Part shown: positions 1 to 11,339 of the stretch, piece after piece
How positions within the stretch are numbered: the stretch's first letter is position 1
Layout: every line of letters begins with the position of its first letter
Assembly: GCA_046563655.1 (NCBI GenBank)
Contig: CM102286.1
Coordinates: forward strand, 14,012,001 to 14,076,000
Length of the DNA: 64,000 nt
DNA from: Yuukianura sp. NJ FZ-2021
Lineage: Eukaryota
Direction of reading: 5' to 3'
Position numbers and translations under genes: made by a program
Notes under the pieces: generated by a model
The model's input: the letters and a program-made list of their open reading frames with translations, nothing else
Database searches by the model: none
What the model was told of the DNA's origin: nothing

Positions 1-83
1 AGCCATACCAATCTAAACCTTAAATGCAACGCTCCAATTTCAAAATTTAGAATTTCCAAAATTTAAATTTCATTTTTGAAGCC

Positions 84-364
84 ATGAAGTTCCAACGCAT
101 CTTTGTCCTCTTCGTTGCCTTCTTTTTCCTGTTCGTATCGCTCTCGAGTAGCGTCGGTAAGTAGTGATTTAGATATATTTCAATTAATGAAATATTCGAA
201 TTAATGAAAATGCTTTTAGAAATTAAATTTTAGATTGAAAATTTGAATTTGTTTTGTTAGATGGTGCTCCGGCGTTTGCTAGAGGAAGACGCGGAAGGCA
301 TCGTAAAGATCATGTTGGAGGAAAGGAGTACCGTGCGGCAGATGAGTTTGGGGACAAACGCTGA
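84..364 (+). CDS. Small secreted basic peptide (58 aa, 2 exons)
   Basis: Exon 1 (84-156) MKFQRIFVLFVAFFFLFVSLSSSV is a hydrophobic signal. Intron 157-260 is GTAAGT..TTAG. Exon 2 reads DGAPAFARGRRGRHRKDHVGGKEYRAADEFGDKR, with TGA at 362-364. Confidence 0.65.
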
Positions 365-852
365 TTGTCGTCGACGTTGAAATGATATGACGCTGCTGAA
401 AATGACGCTTGGTCACTGCTGGCAACATCGCTGCATTTGAGTGGTGGAATTCAGCATCAAGGATTCTCAAATCTTAGCTGTTAATCTTTATGTTTTTATA
501 TAAAATTATTTTTATAAAGAATTTTGTACAAACTTGCTAATTTTGAGGTTCCTTACAGCTTGTACAAAACTTTTTTATGAATTATTTTTGCAACTAGTTG
601 TTATCAATTTAATTTTGGTAATAAAATGTAAGATTCAAGTAATTTTTTTGACTTATGAAAACCTTATCAAAGCTGTTGTCATGACGGTGAAAATTTTTGC
701 TGAGTTAGAAAAGTTTTAATTCATGTGATTTTTTTAGATTACACTTCTACACTGTTATATTTGATTTATTGGTTTTGATTTGACACAAAGTTCACCGTGT
801 ATTGGAATTTTTAGTGACCTTGACCTCTAGGTCACAGTTTAACTTTTGAAAC

Positions 853-2347
853 ATGGACGTTAGTGATGCTCCTTCGGAAACTTTGGTGGCCTTGAAGGAC
901 CTTCCACTCGAAGAAAAATCTCAACTGTTGTCAAATAGAAAGTCAGTTTATTTTTAAAGTTTTTTAAAAAATTAATAAGTTGATCAAATTTTTAAGAAAA
1001 GTTTGATTCCATTTTCAGTGTTGAGGAAATTCAAATAGTGGCAGACCGCGTCCAAATTCTTGAAGAACACATGCGGCACTTGTATGACAACATGGTGGAG
1101 TTCATACACGGAAAAGCATTGTACGAATTTCGAAAAAATGACTTTCTAAAAAAAACTCTTGAGTTTTAAAACTTTTTTTTTTGACATTTTTGAGAGCTTT
1201 TTTGGAATTCCAGATTACGTGATGTTGGAGATGGACTGGCAAAAGTTTTCAACCAATTTGGTCAACTGGACCAGTTGCCAGTGCCCACTTCAACCAACTA
1301 CACAATGATCCTTCTTGGAGACGCTGTTCTGAACATTGGAGACAAAATGTAAGAAAATTTTTCGAAATTTTGAAATTCTCTTTTTTCAAAATTTTCAAAA
1401 CTTTTTCCTTCCAAACTTTTTTGAATTGAGGTTTTTGAATTGGGTTTTTAGGGATTCTGAGATCGGTCACTTCGAAACCAAAATATTTCCAATTTTTGCA
1501 TCGTTTGGCTCAGCATTTAAGTCGATGAAGAATCAAATCGCTGAAGCAAGACAAGCAGAGGATCAGCATGTTGTAAAAAGAAACGAATACATTCGATTTC
1601 TAGAACGAACGAGGAACACCGATGATGACAAATATGTAACTAATCACAAAGTTAATTAACTTTTAGCACAATTTTTATTTACTTTTGATTTTTTTCTAGG
1701 TTGAAAAAGAGGAGCACTTGAAACAAAAGTTGATTCACTGCATGAACCAGTCGTCAGCCTGCCGTCGAAAAAGTGTCAAGAAACTTGCCAAATTGGAAAA
1801 GAAAAAGTGCGAAGACCTCAAAAAACTTTTGTCAAAATGGTTTTTAGCACAAGCGTCAGTGGCTGGAAAAACGCTGGAACTGTCCGTTGAAGCTAGTCGT
1901 ACTGCCATGTCCATCGACACTTCTGGAGATATCAATGTCTGTTTTTCAAAAAATACTATTTTTTAAAATTTCGATTATAATTTGTTCAAAATTGCAGAAA
2001 CTTTTGAAGCATCTCAACCTGGTGGATTCGATTGTGGCCAAAACGGAAATGGACAGTGATGATGGTGGTGAGGATGAAGTGGATTCTGATCAGTCGCATC
2101 AGCCCAAAGATGACAAGGGCTTGAGTGACCTCTTGACCTTTTCTAAACACAAAGTAAGTGGAAATAACACTTAATTGTCGTATTTACATAGTTTTCAACA
2201 GTTTATACACATACTTACTGTACCCTTCAGAAAGACGACGGGGCTTGTGGCGATTCTGCCAAGAAATGCAATGCTAACCATCGTCCCCGTCATCAGCATC
2301 CTCATACTGAAAAACGAAAAAACACATTTGGAAAATATGACAATTAG
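853..2347 (+). CDS. FAM92/CIBAR-like BAR-domain protein (about 7 exons)
   Basis: The spliced product contains LRDVGDGLAK, FLERTR and LEKKKCEDLKKLLSKWFLAQASVAGKTLEL..SIDTSGDI. These align by eye to FAM92 motifs (LRDKAD, LERTR, FERQKMKDIK..HGKALE..IDEDEDL). Introns are GT-AG. Confidence 0.7.
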
Positions 2348-2995
2348 AAATTAGTTAACAATTATTACTCTCAAGCGCTTAACTTCAAAGTGATTTTACT
2401 CGACATTGATTTTTGATTCTGCAAAAAATATTAAAATCGTAAGGTGACAGTGACAAAAATATTTTGTAGGATTGTTAACTCGTCACAACTTAAGCAGTTT
2501 ACTTACTGTTCATTTGTTGTAAATACTAGTTAAATGTGTTTCAAATGTTAGTTAATGTTTCATTCTTACTTTAATTTCGTTAACTTGCATTGTTGCATTA
2601 CTCTCATACAGATACAACGGTATTCCAGTCACCAGTATGTATTACTTTACCCCGTACACTAAAATTGGGCGCCAATTTTAGCTCATAACTTTTTTACAAG
2701 TTAGAGAAAAGTTTATAAATATTTTTGCGAAAATCAAAAAGAAAATTGTAAAAACCAAAACGTATTATTGTTATCAATTATAATTATTGTTTTATAACAA
2801 CTAAATTATTTTTACTGTAAGTAGGGCTTTTCAGTCGTTATATATCACTATCCATTAGGCTGCGGCTGCGGGCTGGGCAGTGTCTTATATTGGTAAAGTA
2901 CCGTTTTCCAATTTAGTAATTTGTTTTGTTTGGGTTAATTGAACATTAAGTTAATTACTTACGAATGTATTAAATGTCGCTTAGGATATTCCGTC

Positions 2996-3508
2996 ATGGA
3001 GTCTGCCCTTGAATCCTACCGAAGGAAGAAGCGAGTAGAGACACTGAAAACGAACATAAAAGAACGAGTGACAGGGTTGTTCCGAACGTCGTGGGACTCT
3101 GTAACGGGATATCTTACCAATGCCGTACTTCCGGAAATCCACCAACCAACAAGTACCGACACTTTGGATACTAATGCAACCGAGGATAGAGATGAAGCAG
3201 ACCCAGGAGTTGATGAAGACGACAATCCAGAAGAGACAACAGTGACTCCAGTGCGGACGATTAGTAAAGTGGAGGTGATCCTGAAAGTGGTACTATGGAT
3301 CCTCCTGTACATCGGATTTCTCAAGATTGGATTCGGTGCAATCTTCTTCATCTTGTCAGCATTCTGGCTCATTTGGACCAATCTTAGAAGTGGTCCTAGG
3401 AAGCCTAACGAGCCCAGTGCCTATTCAGTATTCAATCCAAACTGTGAAGCACTCGATGGACAACTAACAGCTGAGAAGTTGGAAAAGCAGCTTCTGTTTC
3501 AAAACTAA
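2996..3508 (+). CDS. SAYSD1: SAYSvFN-domain protein 1
   Basis: A hydrophobic hairpin is followed by PSAYSVFNPNCEALDGQLTAEKLEKQL. Single coding exon, ATG at 2996. Confidence 0.92.
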   Translation: MESALESYRRKKRVETLKTNIKERVTGLFRTSWDSVTGYLTNAVLPEIHQPTSTDTLDTNATEDRDEADPGVDEDDNPEETTVTPVRTISKVEVILKVVLWILLYIGFLKIGFGAIFFILSAFWLIWTNLRSGPRKPNEPSAYSVFNPNCEALDGQLTAEKLEKQLLFQN

Positions 3509-3744
3509 CGTTGATCAGCTTATGTACTCTACAGGGAAAAGAGGTTAACACGAAACATTAATAATCGCGAAAAATATTTTGGTTATATTTTTCTAAATAA
3601 AGAAATATAAACTCTGAATTCAGTAAAATAAGTTTGAATTAAGGTGAAGATGAGTCGTAAAACTTATGTCAATTTAACAACGTAACCTCGATTGTCTGTT
3701 GTGACAAGATCAGATCTGTGTTTTCACCTTAAGTTCGGAGGTTG

Positions 3745-4670
3745 TCAGCGGTGCTCGGAGTTTCCCCGGATCCGCATTGCCAAGATGACATCCTTCGGCA
3801 TAATGGTCACCCTCTTGGCATGTATGGAACACAAGTTCACGTCCTCGAACATGTTGACTAAATATGCCTCACTTGCTTCCTAAAGTGATCGAATAACAAT
3901 TTTATATCGATATAGAATGGGTCCTTACTCCTTATCATAAAAACCAACATTATTTAGCTTTGATTAGTTACGAACCTGCAGACATTCCAGAGCCAACGGA
4001 TTGATCATGTAGTCAGACTTATATTTTTGCATAATTTCTCTGACTACACGAGCAAATGGCTTCTTGGGCATGAGGAGCTCGTGTGTGCTTTGGTACTTCT
4101 TAATCTCTTTTAGTACCAAAGTCCCTGGCTTATTAAACCTGAAATAACAATTTCAACTTAATGTAGCCACCGCAAGAGATATTCTTAAAATCAATACTGC
4201 TTTTGTTAGTAAGTCAAGGTCATTGCCTTACTTCCGACCAAGCCTGCGTGCTCTGGCGATTCGCTCTTCTAATGTTGATGGGGGAGTGGCCTGTTGTCTC
4301 TGGCTACTATTGCTCCTCTTTGCGGCCTCAACGGACTGCGTGGTCTCGGCTGAGGCATTGGTGGTGGAGGTGCAGGCGGCACTGGAACATCGTCCCCTTG
4401 TCTTGGTTGAGTCCTGGACTTTGGTCCAGGTCGTCGGGAAAGTGGTCTGGAGCTTGACGGTGTCGGAGGAGTGGAAACATTTCGTCTGGGTCTCGGAGGT
4501 GGAGTTACGACCGTCTCAGCTTCGGTCGAAGAGCTTTCTGAATCTTCAGACCCAGAAGTCGGTGGAATTGAAAGTGGGCGCTCTATATATGTCCGACTAT
4601 TCGTTGATTTCCTTGCAGTTTGCAGCAAGGTACTCCTTCTGAAATGTTGTTCCTTATTAATCCTGGACAT
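3745..4670 (-). CDS. Divergent histone H3 variant (CenH3/CENP-A-like) with ~145-aa tail; frame break in exon 1
   Basis: Exons are 4670-4232, 4138-3976 and 3879-3745. Histone fold: [91 protein letters not shown]. The tail contains QTARKST. The tail ORF and the fold are out of frame by one base. Confidence 0.85.
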
Positions 4671-5617
4671 CTTATCCTCGGGAGCGGGTCTTACTAGAAC
4701 GAAACGATAAAAAAGAATGACAATTAGCACTGACCCATACTGGAACTAACGTTAAATTCAAATTACAACAATTATGATGAAACCTGTAATATTTGAACTT
4801 ACGCTGTCGAATGTCGATGGCGGAGACAAAATGTTTCAGGGAAGGGATTACGTGAAGGTTACAGTTCAAACTTCACCTTCTTGTCTATTTGATGGAATCT
4901 CGTGTTTTGATTTTACAAAACAAATGCAAACAAAAAACACAAAATCGTGCGAATAAGGATTAGCTATAGGCGTTGTAGCCACAAAGTGGAGGACTTCGCT
5001 AATTTTAAGTGGCTACAATGGCTAGCTCCACCTAGGTGGCAACGTAATAACCGTTTTAACTTAAACTAAACATTATCTAAAGTGTCAACATAAATTATCA
5101 TGGAAAGCATATCTACTAAAAAGAGGAGTTTTGCGGATACAATGTGCGGCTACAATGATGTTCCTGAAACGTTAGTTCAACCTAAAAAGTAAACGAACGA
5201 GGAAAATTTATTAATTTTATTTCAAGTTCAAAATCGCCGCCAATAAGAAATCCCTCTTTATCGTCTGTTACTTTCTTATGAGTATGAAACCAAATTCTTT
5301 CTAAAATATTTACTTTTTAATCAAATTAAAATCTACATTGACCTTATTAAGTTTTACACAAGAAGGAACAAGGAAAAATTTTATGTAAATCATAGTGTCA
5401 GAACCCTGGGAAAATCTGGAGCACCTTCCACTGCATGCAGATTTTAGCATCAAAACATAATACACTGTTTAACAGTATGTCCTAAAAACCAACTTCCGAA
5501 ATCCAACCGCAAAAATTTCATAATGAAAAATGCTGTACTACTTTCCATAAAATTCTCATTTTTGAATCCACGCAGTGTTAAAATACAAAAGTTAAAATTT
5601 TTGAAACATTTCTAAAA

Positions 5618-8128
5618 ATGTTGTACAGTTGTACAATTTTAAACGCAATTTCGCCAGTAATTGTCTTTGTCTTGATCTCTACAGTAAAAGTCGTCAAAAG
5701 TCAAAGGCCTGAAAGTAAGAAATCGATAATTTGAAAAAGAATTCAGTTTTTCAGAAATTGAAATTTTTTTTTCAAATTTTCTTTTTCAAATCAGGACCAA
5801 ATGCTCCTCCTAGGATACATCGAATAACAAAAGATGTTGCTGGAAATAGAACAGAACTGTTTTGCCTCTCTACTGGACAAAACCTGCATTTCACATGGGA
5901 GAAGGTCGGAGTCACTTTGCCCAATTGGGAGGCCAGTTAAAGAAAAAGTCAAAAGGTCAATGAACCTTCGACCTTCTGAGTGTTGATCTGTCGTTTTTTG
6001 ACTTCCAGGCGCAGTTTGGTGTTTCAGTTGAAGAATCCACTGGAATCTTAACAATTCACAGCACAGATTCATCTCACTTAGGACTTTATAGATGTCATGC
6101 TGCCAATGCCTTTGGATCAGACTCCATGACCTATGACCTCATGCCACCGCCTCCACCGCCTTCACCGCCTCCACCACCTCCACCGCCTAAACAAGAAGAT
6201 ACTGCCGGTATAATTGGTGGAATTGCGGCAACTATCGTCGTTGTCACACTTTTGCTCGTTTGGATCTGCATGGAGTTCTTCCGAAAAGCTAGAGTAATTA
6301 ACACTTTTTAATGAAAGCTCAATGGGAGCAAGCCATTGTTTCGAAAACATTGTCCCGAATGCAAATTGTTTCGAAACAAATTGTTTAGGGTTTAAGGCTT
6401 AGATTAGGTTAATTTGGATTAGATTAAGGCTAGATTTAGATTTAGGTTTAGACATAAAAATAAGCCTTTCGAAACAATTCAATTCGAAACATTTCTATTC
6501 GAAACAATGGCCTAGCACCACTAAAATTAATCAACTTAATTAATTAACTTTTTGATCTAATTTGAATAGAATGGCCTGACGAAAGAAGAAATTCAATTGT
6601 TTCGGTATGGTAATCCAGATTTTTCGAGAGGAACGAACACTTATGCCCATGAAAACGTCGATGCCATGCCGTTTAATCACGACAAATTTGAAATCAAAAG
6701 AGAAAATTTGCACGTTGGTGAGATTTTCATAATTTAACAAAATTCCTATTATTGATTGGAGATTGGCAGAATCATGAAGTCGTGATTTTGAGGTCATTGA
6801 CCTGAACTTTCTTTTTTTGGGGCAATGTTAGACAAATTGCAAGTTTTGGGGGAGGGGCAATATGGGCGGGTGTTGATGGGGCATTTCAAAGGAGTGAAAG
6901 TTGCAGTGAAAACGGTGAAACCAGGCGTGGACAAAGCGTATCTCAAGGCGTTACTTGGAGAGGTCAAGGTCATGGGTCACATTGGGGAACATCCTAACGT
7001 TATCAAGTTCATGGGAGCATGCTCACAGTTTCTTAGAAATGGTAAAATTTCATGAAATTCATAAAATTTCTGAAATTTTGATTCTAGAATTCATAATTTT
7101 TAAATTTTTGTAATTTTTTGTGTAGGTGAGCTGTATGTTGTTTTGGAAATTTGCGACCTGGGCAGTCTGGAGTCAATTTTAAGAAAATGCACTTCATTTT
7201 TAAACGAATTTGATTCAGCGGGAAACTTGCTTGAGGGGTACTTCAAAAAATTCAAAATTTTGAAGATAAATTTTGAAAATGGCAAATTTTGAAAAGTTGT
7301 TGTTTTCTTTTAGAAATGGTACTTACGAGAACAAAGTGGCCGTAAGCACTGCTGTTTCAATTTCAGAACAATATTCAAATGTAGAGCCGAATCCTGCCGA
7401 AACTACGCTTTCGACTAGAATGATTTTGAACTGGGCTATTGAAGTAGCCAGGGCCATGGACTTTCTAGCATCAAAAAAAGTTTGTACTTTCAAATTTTCA
7501 AAATTTTTGAAACATTTTGAACTGAAATTTTCATTTCTTATTCAAAAGGTTATTCATGGAGACTTGGCTGCACGGAATGTGTTGATCACTAGAGATCGAA
7601 TTGCAAAAATTACGGATTTCGGACTTTCCCGAAAGCTCTATGACTATTCTAACTATGTCAAGAAAAATCAGGTTTTAGCACAAAAATTTGCACTTTAGGA
7701 GCAAAAATTTAGACAAAAATTTTTTAATGAAATTTTTCGAAAAATTTTCAGGAACCACTTCCATGGCGTTGGATGGCCATTGAATCACTACGTGAGCTGT
7801 CTTTTTCGCCACAAAGTGACATTTGGTCTTACGGTGTCACCGTGTGGGAAATGTTTTCATTTGGAGATGTTCCGTATCCAGGACTGTCTTGGGACAACGA
7901 TTTCATCAAATGGCTTGAAAACAACTTTAGACTTCAAAAACCAAAATTTGCCACAGATGAAATGTATACGTACTCTATTTTTCTGAAATTCAAAATTTGA
8001 AATTTTGATTTTGCAATTTCAGTTACTGGAACCTCCTTCTTGAGTGCTGGAGAATCAATCCCACCGAGCGACCAACTTTTCCTGCCATTATTGCTTACCT
8101 AGAGCACGTCTTGGCCAAAAAAGCTTAA
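5618..8128 (+). CDS. PVR/VEGFR-type receptor tyrosine kinase with one Ig domain and polyproline stalk
   Basis: Signal-peptide exon at 5618, Ig motifs ([15 protein letters not shown]), [36 protein letters not shown], and kinase motifs [42 protein letters not shown]. Stop TAA at 8126-8128. Confidence 0.9.
6325..6519. mobile_element. MITE-like element in RTK intron with internal TTAGG/TTAGA repeats
   Basis: Inverted termini GCCATTGTTTCGAA (6332) and TTCGAAACAATGGC (to 6511), sub-terminal TTCGAAACA repeats, and a central degenerate TTAGG/TTAGA tract. Confidence 0.6.
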
Positions 8129-8983
8129 AATTTTGGAAAAAAATCAATTTTTGTTTTGTTTTCGTTTTTGTTAAAAGTTATTGACCTGCTAAAAATCAAA
8201 ACATTTCCAAAAATGCCGTGCCACTTCCGATGTTTGAGCACTTAGGACTGATTAGATTCTGCTTAATGGAACACATGCACGTAAAAATGAAGAGGATGCA
8301 TGTGACAAAGCATAAAAGTTATACCGTGTGTCTCAAAATAAAGTTCAAAAAACATTTGGTACACTCTGTACATGTACACCATTTGAAATCCTATTTAGTC
8401 ACGCTCTGCACCAAGTCCACGCCAGTTGGCAGTTTAATCCAAGGTCCATTCCTTTTGTTGTTAAAATTTAAGCAGGTTTTTACCAGAACAATTAGCATTT
8501 CAATTCCACAAGTCAAAAAGTGGAAATGAGTCACTCGATTTTAAATTTTTTGTAAAATTTTTTGAAATTACGGCACTCATTTTTGAGAATTAACGTGAGG
8601 TTATTTATAACTGCCAAATTAACAGCATAAGCATCACACTTCCTCTGTGAAGTCGCAAAATTAATTTGCATTTTCAGTTGGTTTTGCCAAAAACAGAAAG
8701 GAGATTTTGGCTTTCTCAGCCTAAGGCGAACTTCGGATAAATTTGGTCTTAAGATGCAAATTTTCTGCTAAAAACTACTTTCTAAAGAGCCAATTTCCGA
8801 GTTTAGTGTAATTTCTTCATTCCAAGTTTTAAGAATTTGACTTTTACTTGATTTTGATTTTGAAGAATATGGTTTAAAAGTGTTTTATAAACAGTTAGAA
8901 TATGTGAAAATTATGTAACAAGACGCTTGGATTTGGATGTAGGTGAGTTTAAGCGTGCAAGGTCAGATACATCTCTTGTCACA

Positions 8984-10595
8984 ATGGTAAGTCACACAAA
9001 ATGATGTCAAATTCAACTTTGAACTTTTAGTCAAAGTCAGTCAGAAAAAAAGTTCTCACAACCTCTGCCAAAATTTCGAAATTTTCATTTCAAAAAGTAC
9101 AATTCTAAATTTGTTGCGTGACTAAATACTAATCACTACAATTACTTTTTATAGTTCAGTTGTTTTCTCATTGTTTGTTCCCAATTTGTTAAATTTCAGT
9201 GTCACTAAAAAAAAACAACATTTAAAAAAAAAGGCAAGGCTTTCTTCATTTTCAAACAAAATTTTGCACCCGGGTCACATTTGCAACATTGCAGCCCTTG
9301 TTTATTGTTTACTGACGCCATTTTAAAAAAATATTATGAACTTTTATTTTTCAAAAAATAACTGTTTTTTTTGTTTTTCTTTAACAGGTTCATACTCTCT
9401 GTACGATCATTTTCATTGCCCTATCGTTACCATTGATTCGATTCATTTACATGGAACTGACTAAAAAGCAGAATGGGCCTCAGGTTTGTGCCTTTAAAAT
9501 TTTTGTTCAACAGGAGCTTGTTGTCGTCAGTTCGTAATTTTTGTGCTCGGAAAGTAAATGCAATATTCAAATTTTAAACTGAAGTATTTTCAAAATTCAA
9601 AATTACATTTTTTTTTAAATTTAGATTGATTTTGAGGATATCGATTTACTAAACAAGGATCCAATGGCCTTATGGGAAAACTGGTTCAAAGAAGCAAAAA
9701 CAGTTCCAGAAAATAAATTGCCCATTGGCATGTCTATGGCTACTGTACAACCGTAAGCAAATCTAAAAAAAATGCCTTACCGTAACAACAAAACTTTTAA
9801 AAACAAAATTTTGAAACTCATTTTTAACACAAACCACAAAATTAAAAACTTTGAAACTGAAATTTTTAATTTTTGTCAGCGATGGACATGCAGCAGCTAG
9901 GACTTTGCTGATGCGAGGATACGATACTCGTGGATTCCAAATTTACACGGACTACACTTCACCGAAAGCACTTGAACTAGTAATTACTTTGAAATTTAAT
10001 TACAAAGTTCAGAGTAATTCAGAATTAATTCAATTTCAAAATTTGAATTTTTTTTTTAGATGCATGAAAACTCGGCAGCTTTAGTCTTTCTCTGGTGCTT
10101 TGTGCCTCCAAATGGAACAAAACCGGATGGGGTTCGTCAGGTATAAACCAAAACTTTCAAAATTTCATTTTTTTGCAAAACCTGAATGAATTTTTTTTTG
10201 TGTAGGTACGAGTTGAAGGCATCACTGAAAAGTTAAGTCGTAAAGAAAGTGAAGCCTACTTTGAACGAGAGTCGATCGATTCCAAAATCCGTGCCGTTGT
10301 TCAACAACAGTCGCAAAGAATGACTTCAAAACGCAGACAAGAAATGCTAGAACAAGCTCGGTTTTTATACAAACAGTTTGAAAATGATCCGAGTTACAGA
10401 GTGGAAATGCCAGAAAAATGGGGTGGTTATGTCATTCGACCGACAGTTTTTGAATTTTTTCAAGCCACTTCAAATGCACTTGCTACTAGAGTCCGATTTC
10501 GAAAAAGAAATGAATCTGAATTGAATCTAACAGTGTTTCCGGATGGAGTTGAAGCTGGAGCTGGAGATTGGGTGTACGAGTACCTAGAATTTTGA
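8984..10595 (+). CDS. Pyridox(am)ine-5'-phosphate oxidase-like protein, degenerate active site, N-terminal hydrophobic anchor
   Basis: The start exon is ATG|GTAAGT at 8984 (inferred). It is followed by VHTLCTIIFIALSLPLIRFIY, DPMALWENWFKEA, MSMATV, ARTLLMR, RQ|VRVEG, PEKWGGY and VFEFFQ..TRVRF, which is the PNPO fold order. Confidence 0.82.
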
Positions 10596-11339
10596 AAAAG
10601 TGTGAAATTTTGGTACTTCTATTCACATTTTTCCAAAATAGTTGATTGGATATTCTATTTAGAGAGTTCCGCTGAATTTTGTAACAATCGGACAGAATAG
10701 AGGTCTGGTGCTGCTGTATAATTTGGCATCTAATAAATCATTTATTGGTTAACAAAAATTTAATAATTAAATTCTACATTTTTCGAAGAAGTTGTTTTTC
10801 AAAAAGTGTTGTTTGTGTTTTGACTTGTAGTAACCTTTCAAGGTTTGCTTTATGGCTGCACACATTAGTCTTTTTGAAAACTTAGCATTTTTTTTGAAGA
10901 AAAAAAAATTATAGACATACGTTTCAGTAGCATTTTAGCCCCAACAGGGTGTTGTTTTTGGAGGTTTCTAAAAAAAATTTCTGTTTCAAATTATTTAAAA
11001 AAAAAATTGACGTTAAATTTTACCTTTCAGTTAAATTTTACTGGATTCTACTAGTTCATAAATTTATGGTTTTGAATTTAAATTGTATTGAAACTTTTTA
11101 GCCGCTTTTTAGCAAATGTTGATGTCAACTTACTGAAAAGAGGCAATGAACGTTAAGATTGACATGTTCAAATTACATTAGCCAGGATCTGTCACTTAAA
11201 ATGAAGAATTGATGTATTGTTTAAGGTGATAACTTAGGCAGCAGCTTTATTAATTTCCAAATTTTCACAAAACACTTTTTTTTCAAAATTACGATTCTAT
11301 TTTTCAAAAATTTTAACACGGATAGAACTGAAAGTTGAA

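Noticed and set aside
348..440. Defensin-like pattern with TGA at two Cys positions (ADCRRR*..GHCWQHRCI*), suggesting a selenocysteine CS-alpha-beta peptide
   Set aside because: It lies in a different frame from the spliced signal exon, whose ORF ends at 364. It lacks Cys1, and I see no canonical SECIS downstream. It needs too many assumptions, and is at most a decayed defensin relic.
4203..4710. Plus-strand ORFs overlapping the H3-variant tail
   Set aside because: These are antisense shadows of GC-rich Pro/Arg coding sequence.
5100..5460. Possible small spliced gene divergent from the H3 variant (MESISTKKRSF...)
   Set aside because: Several splice options are possible and there is no recognisable product, so it cannot be supported.
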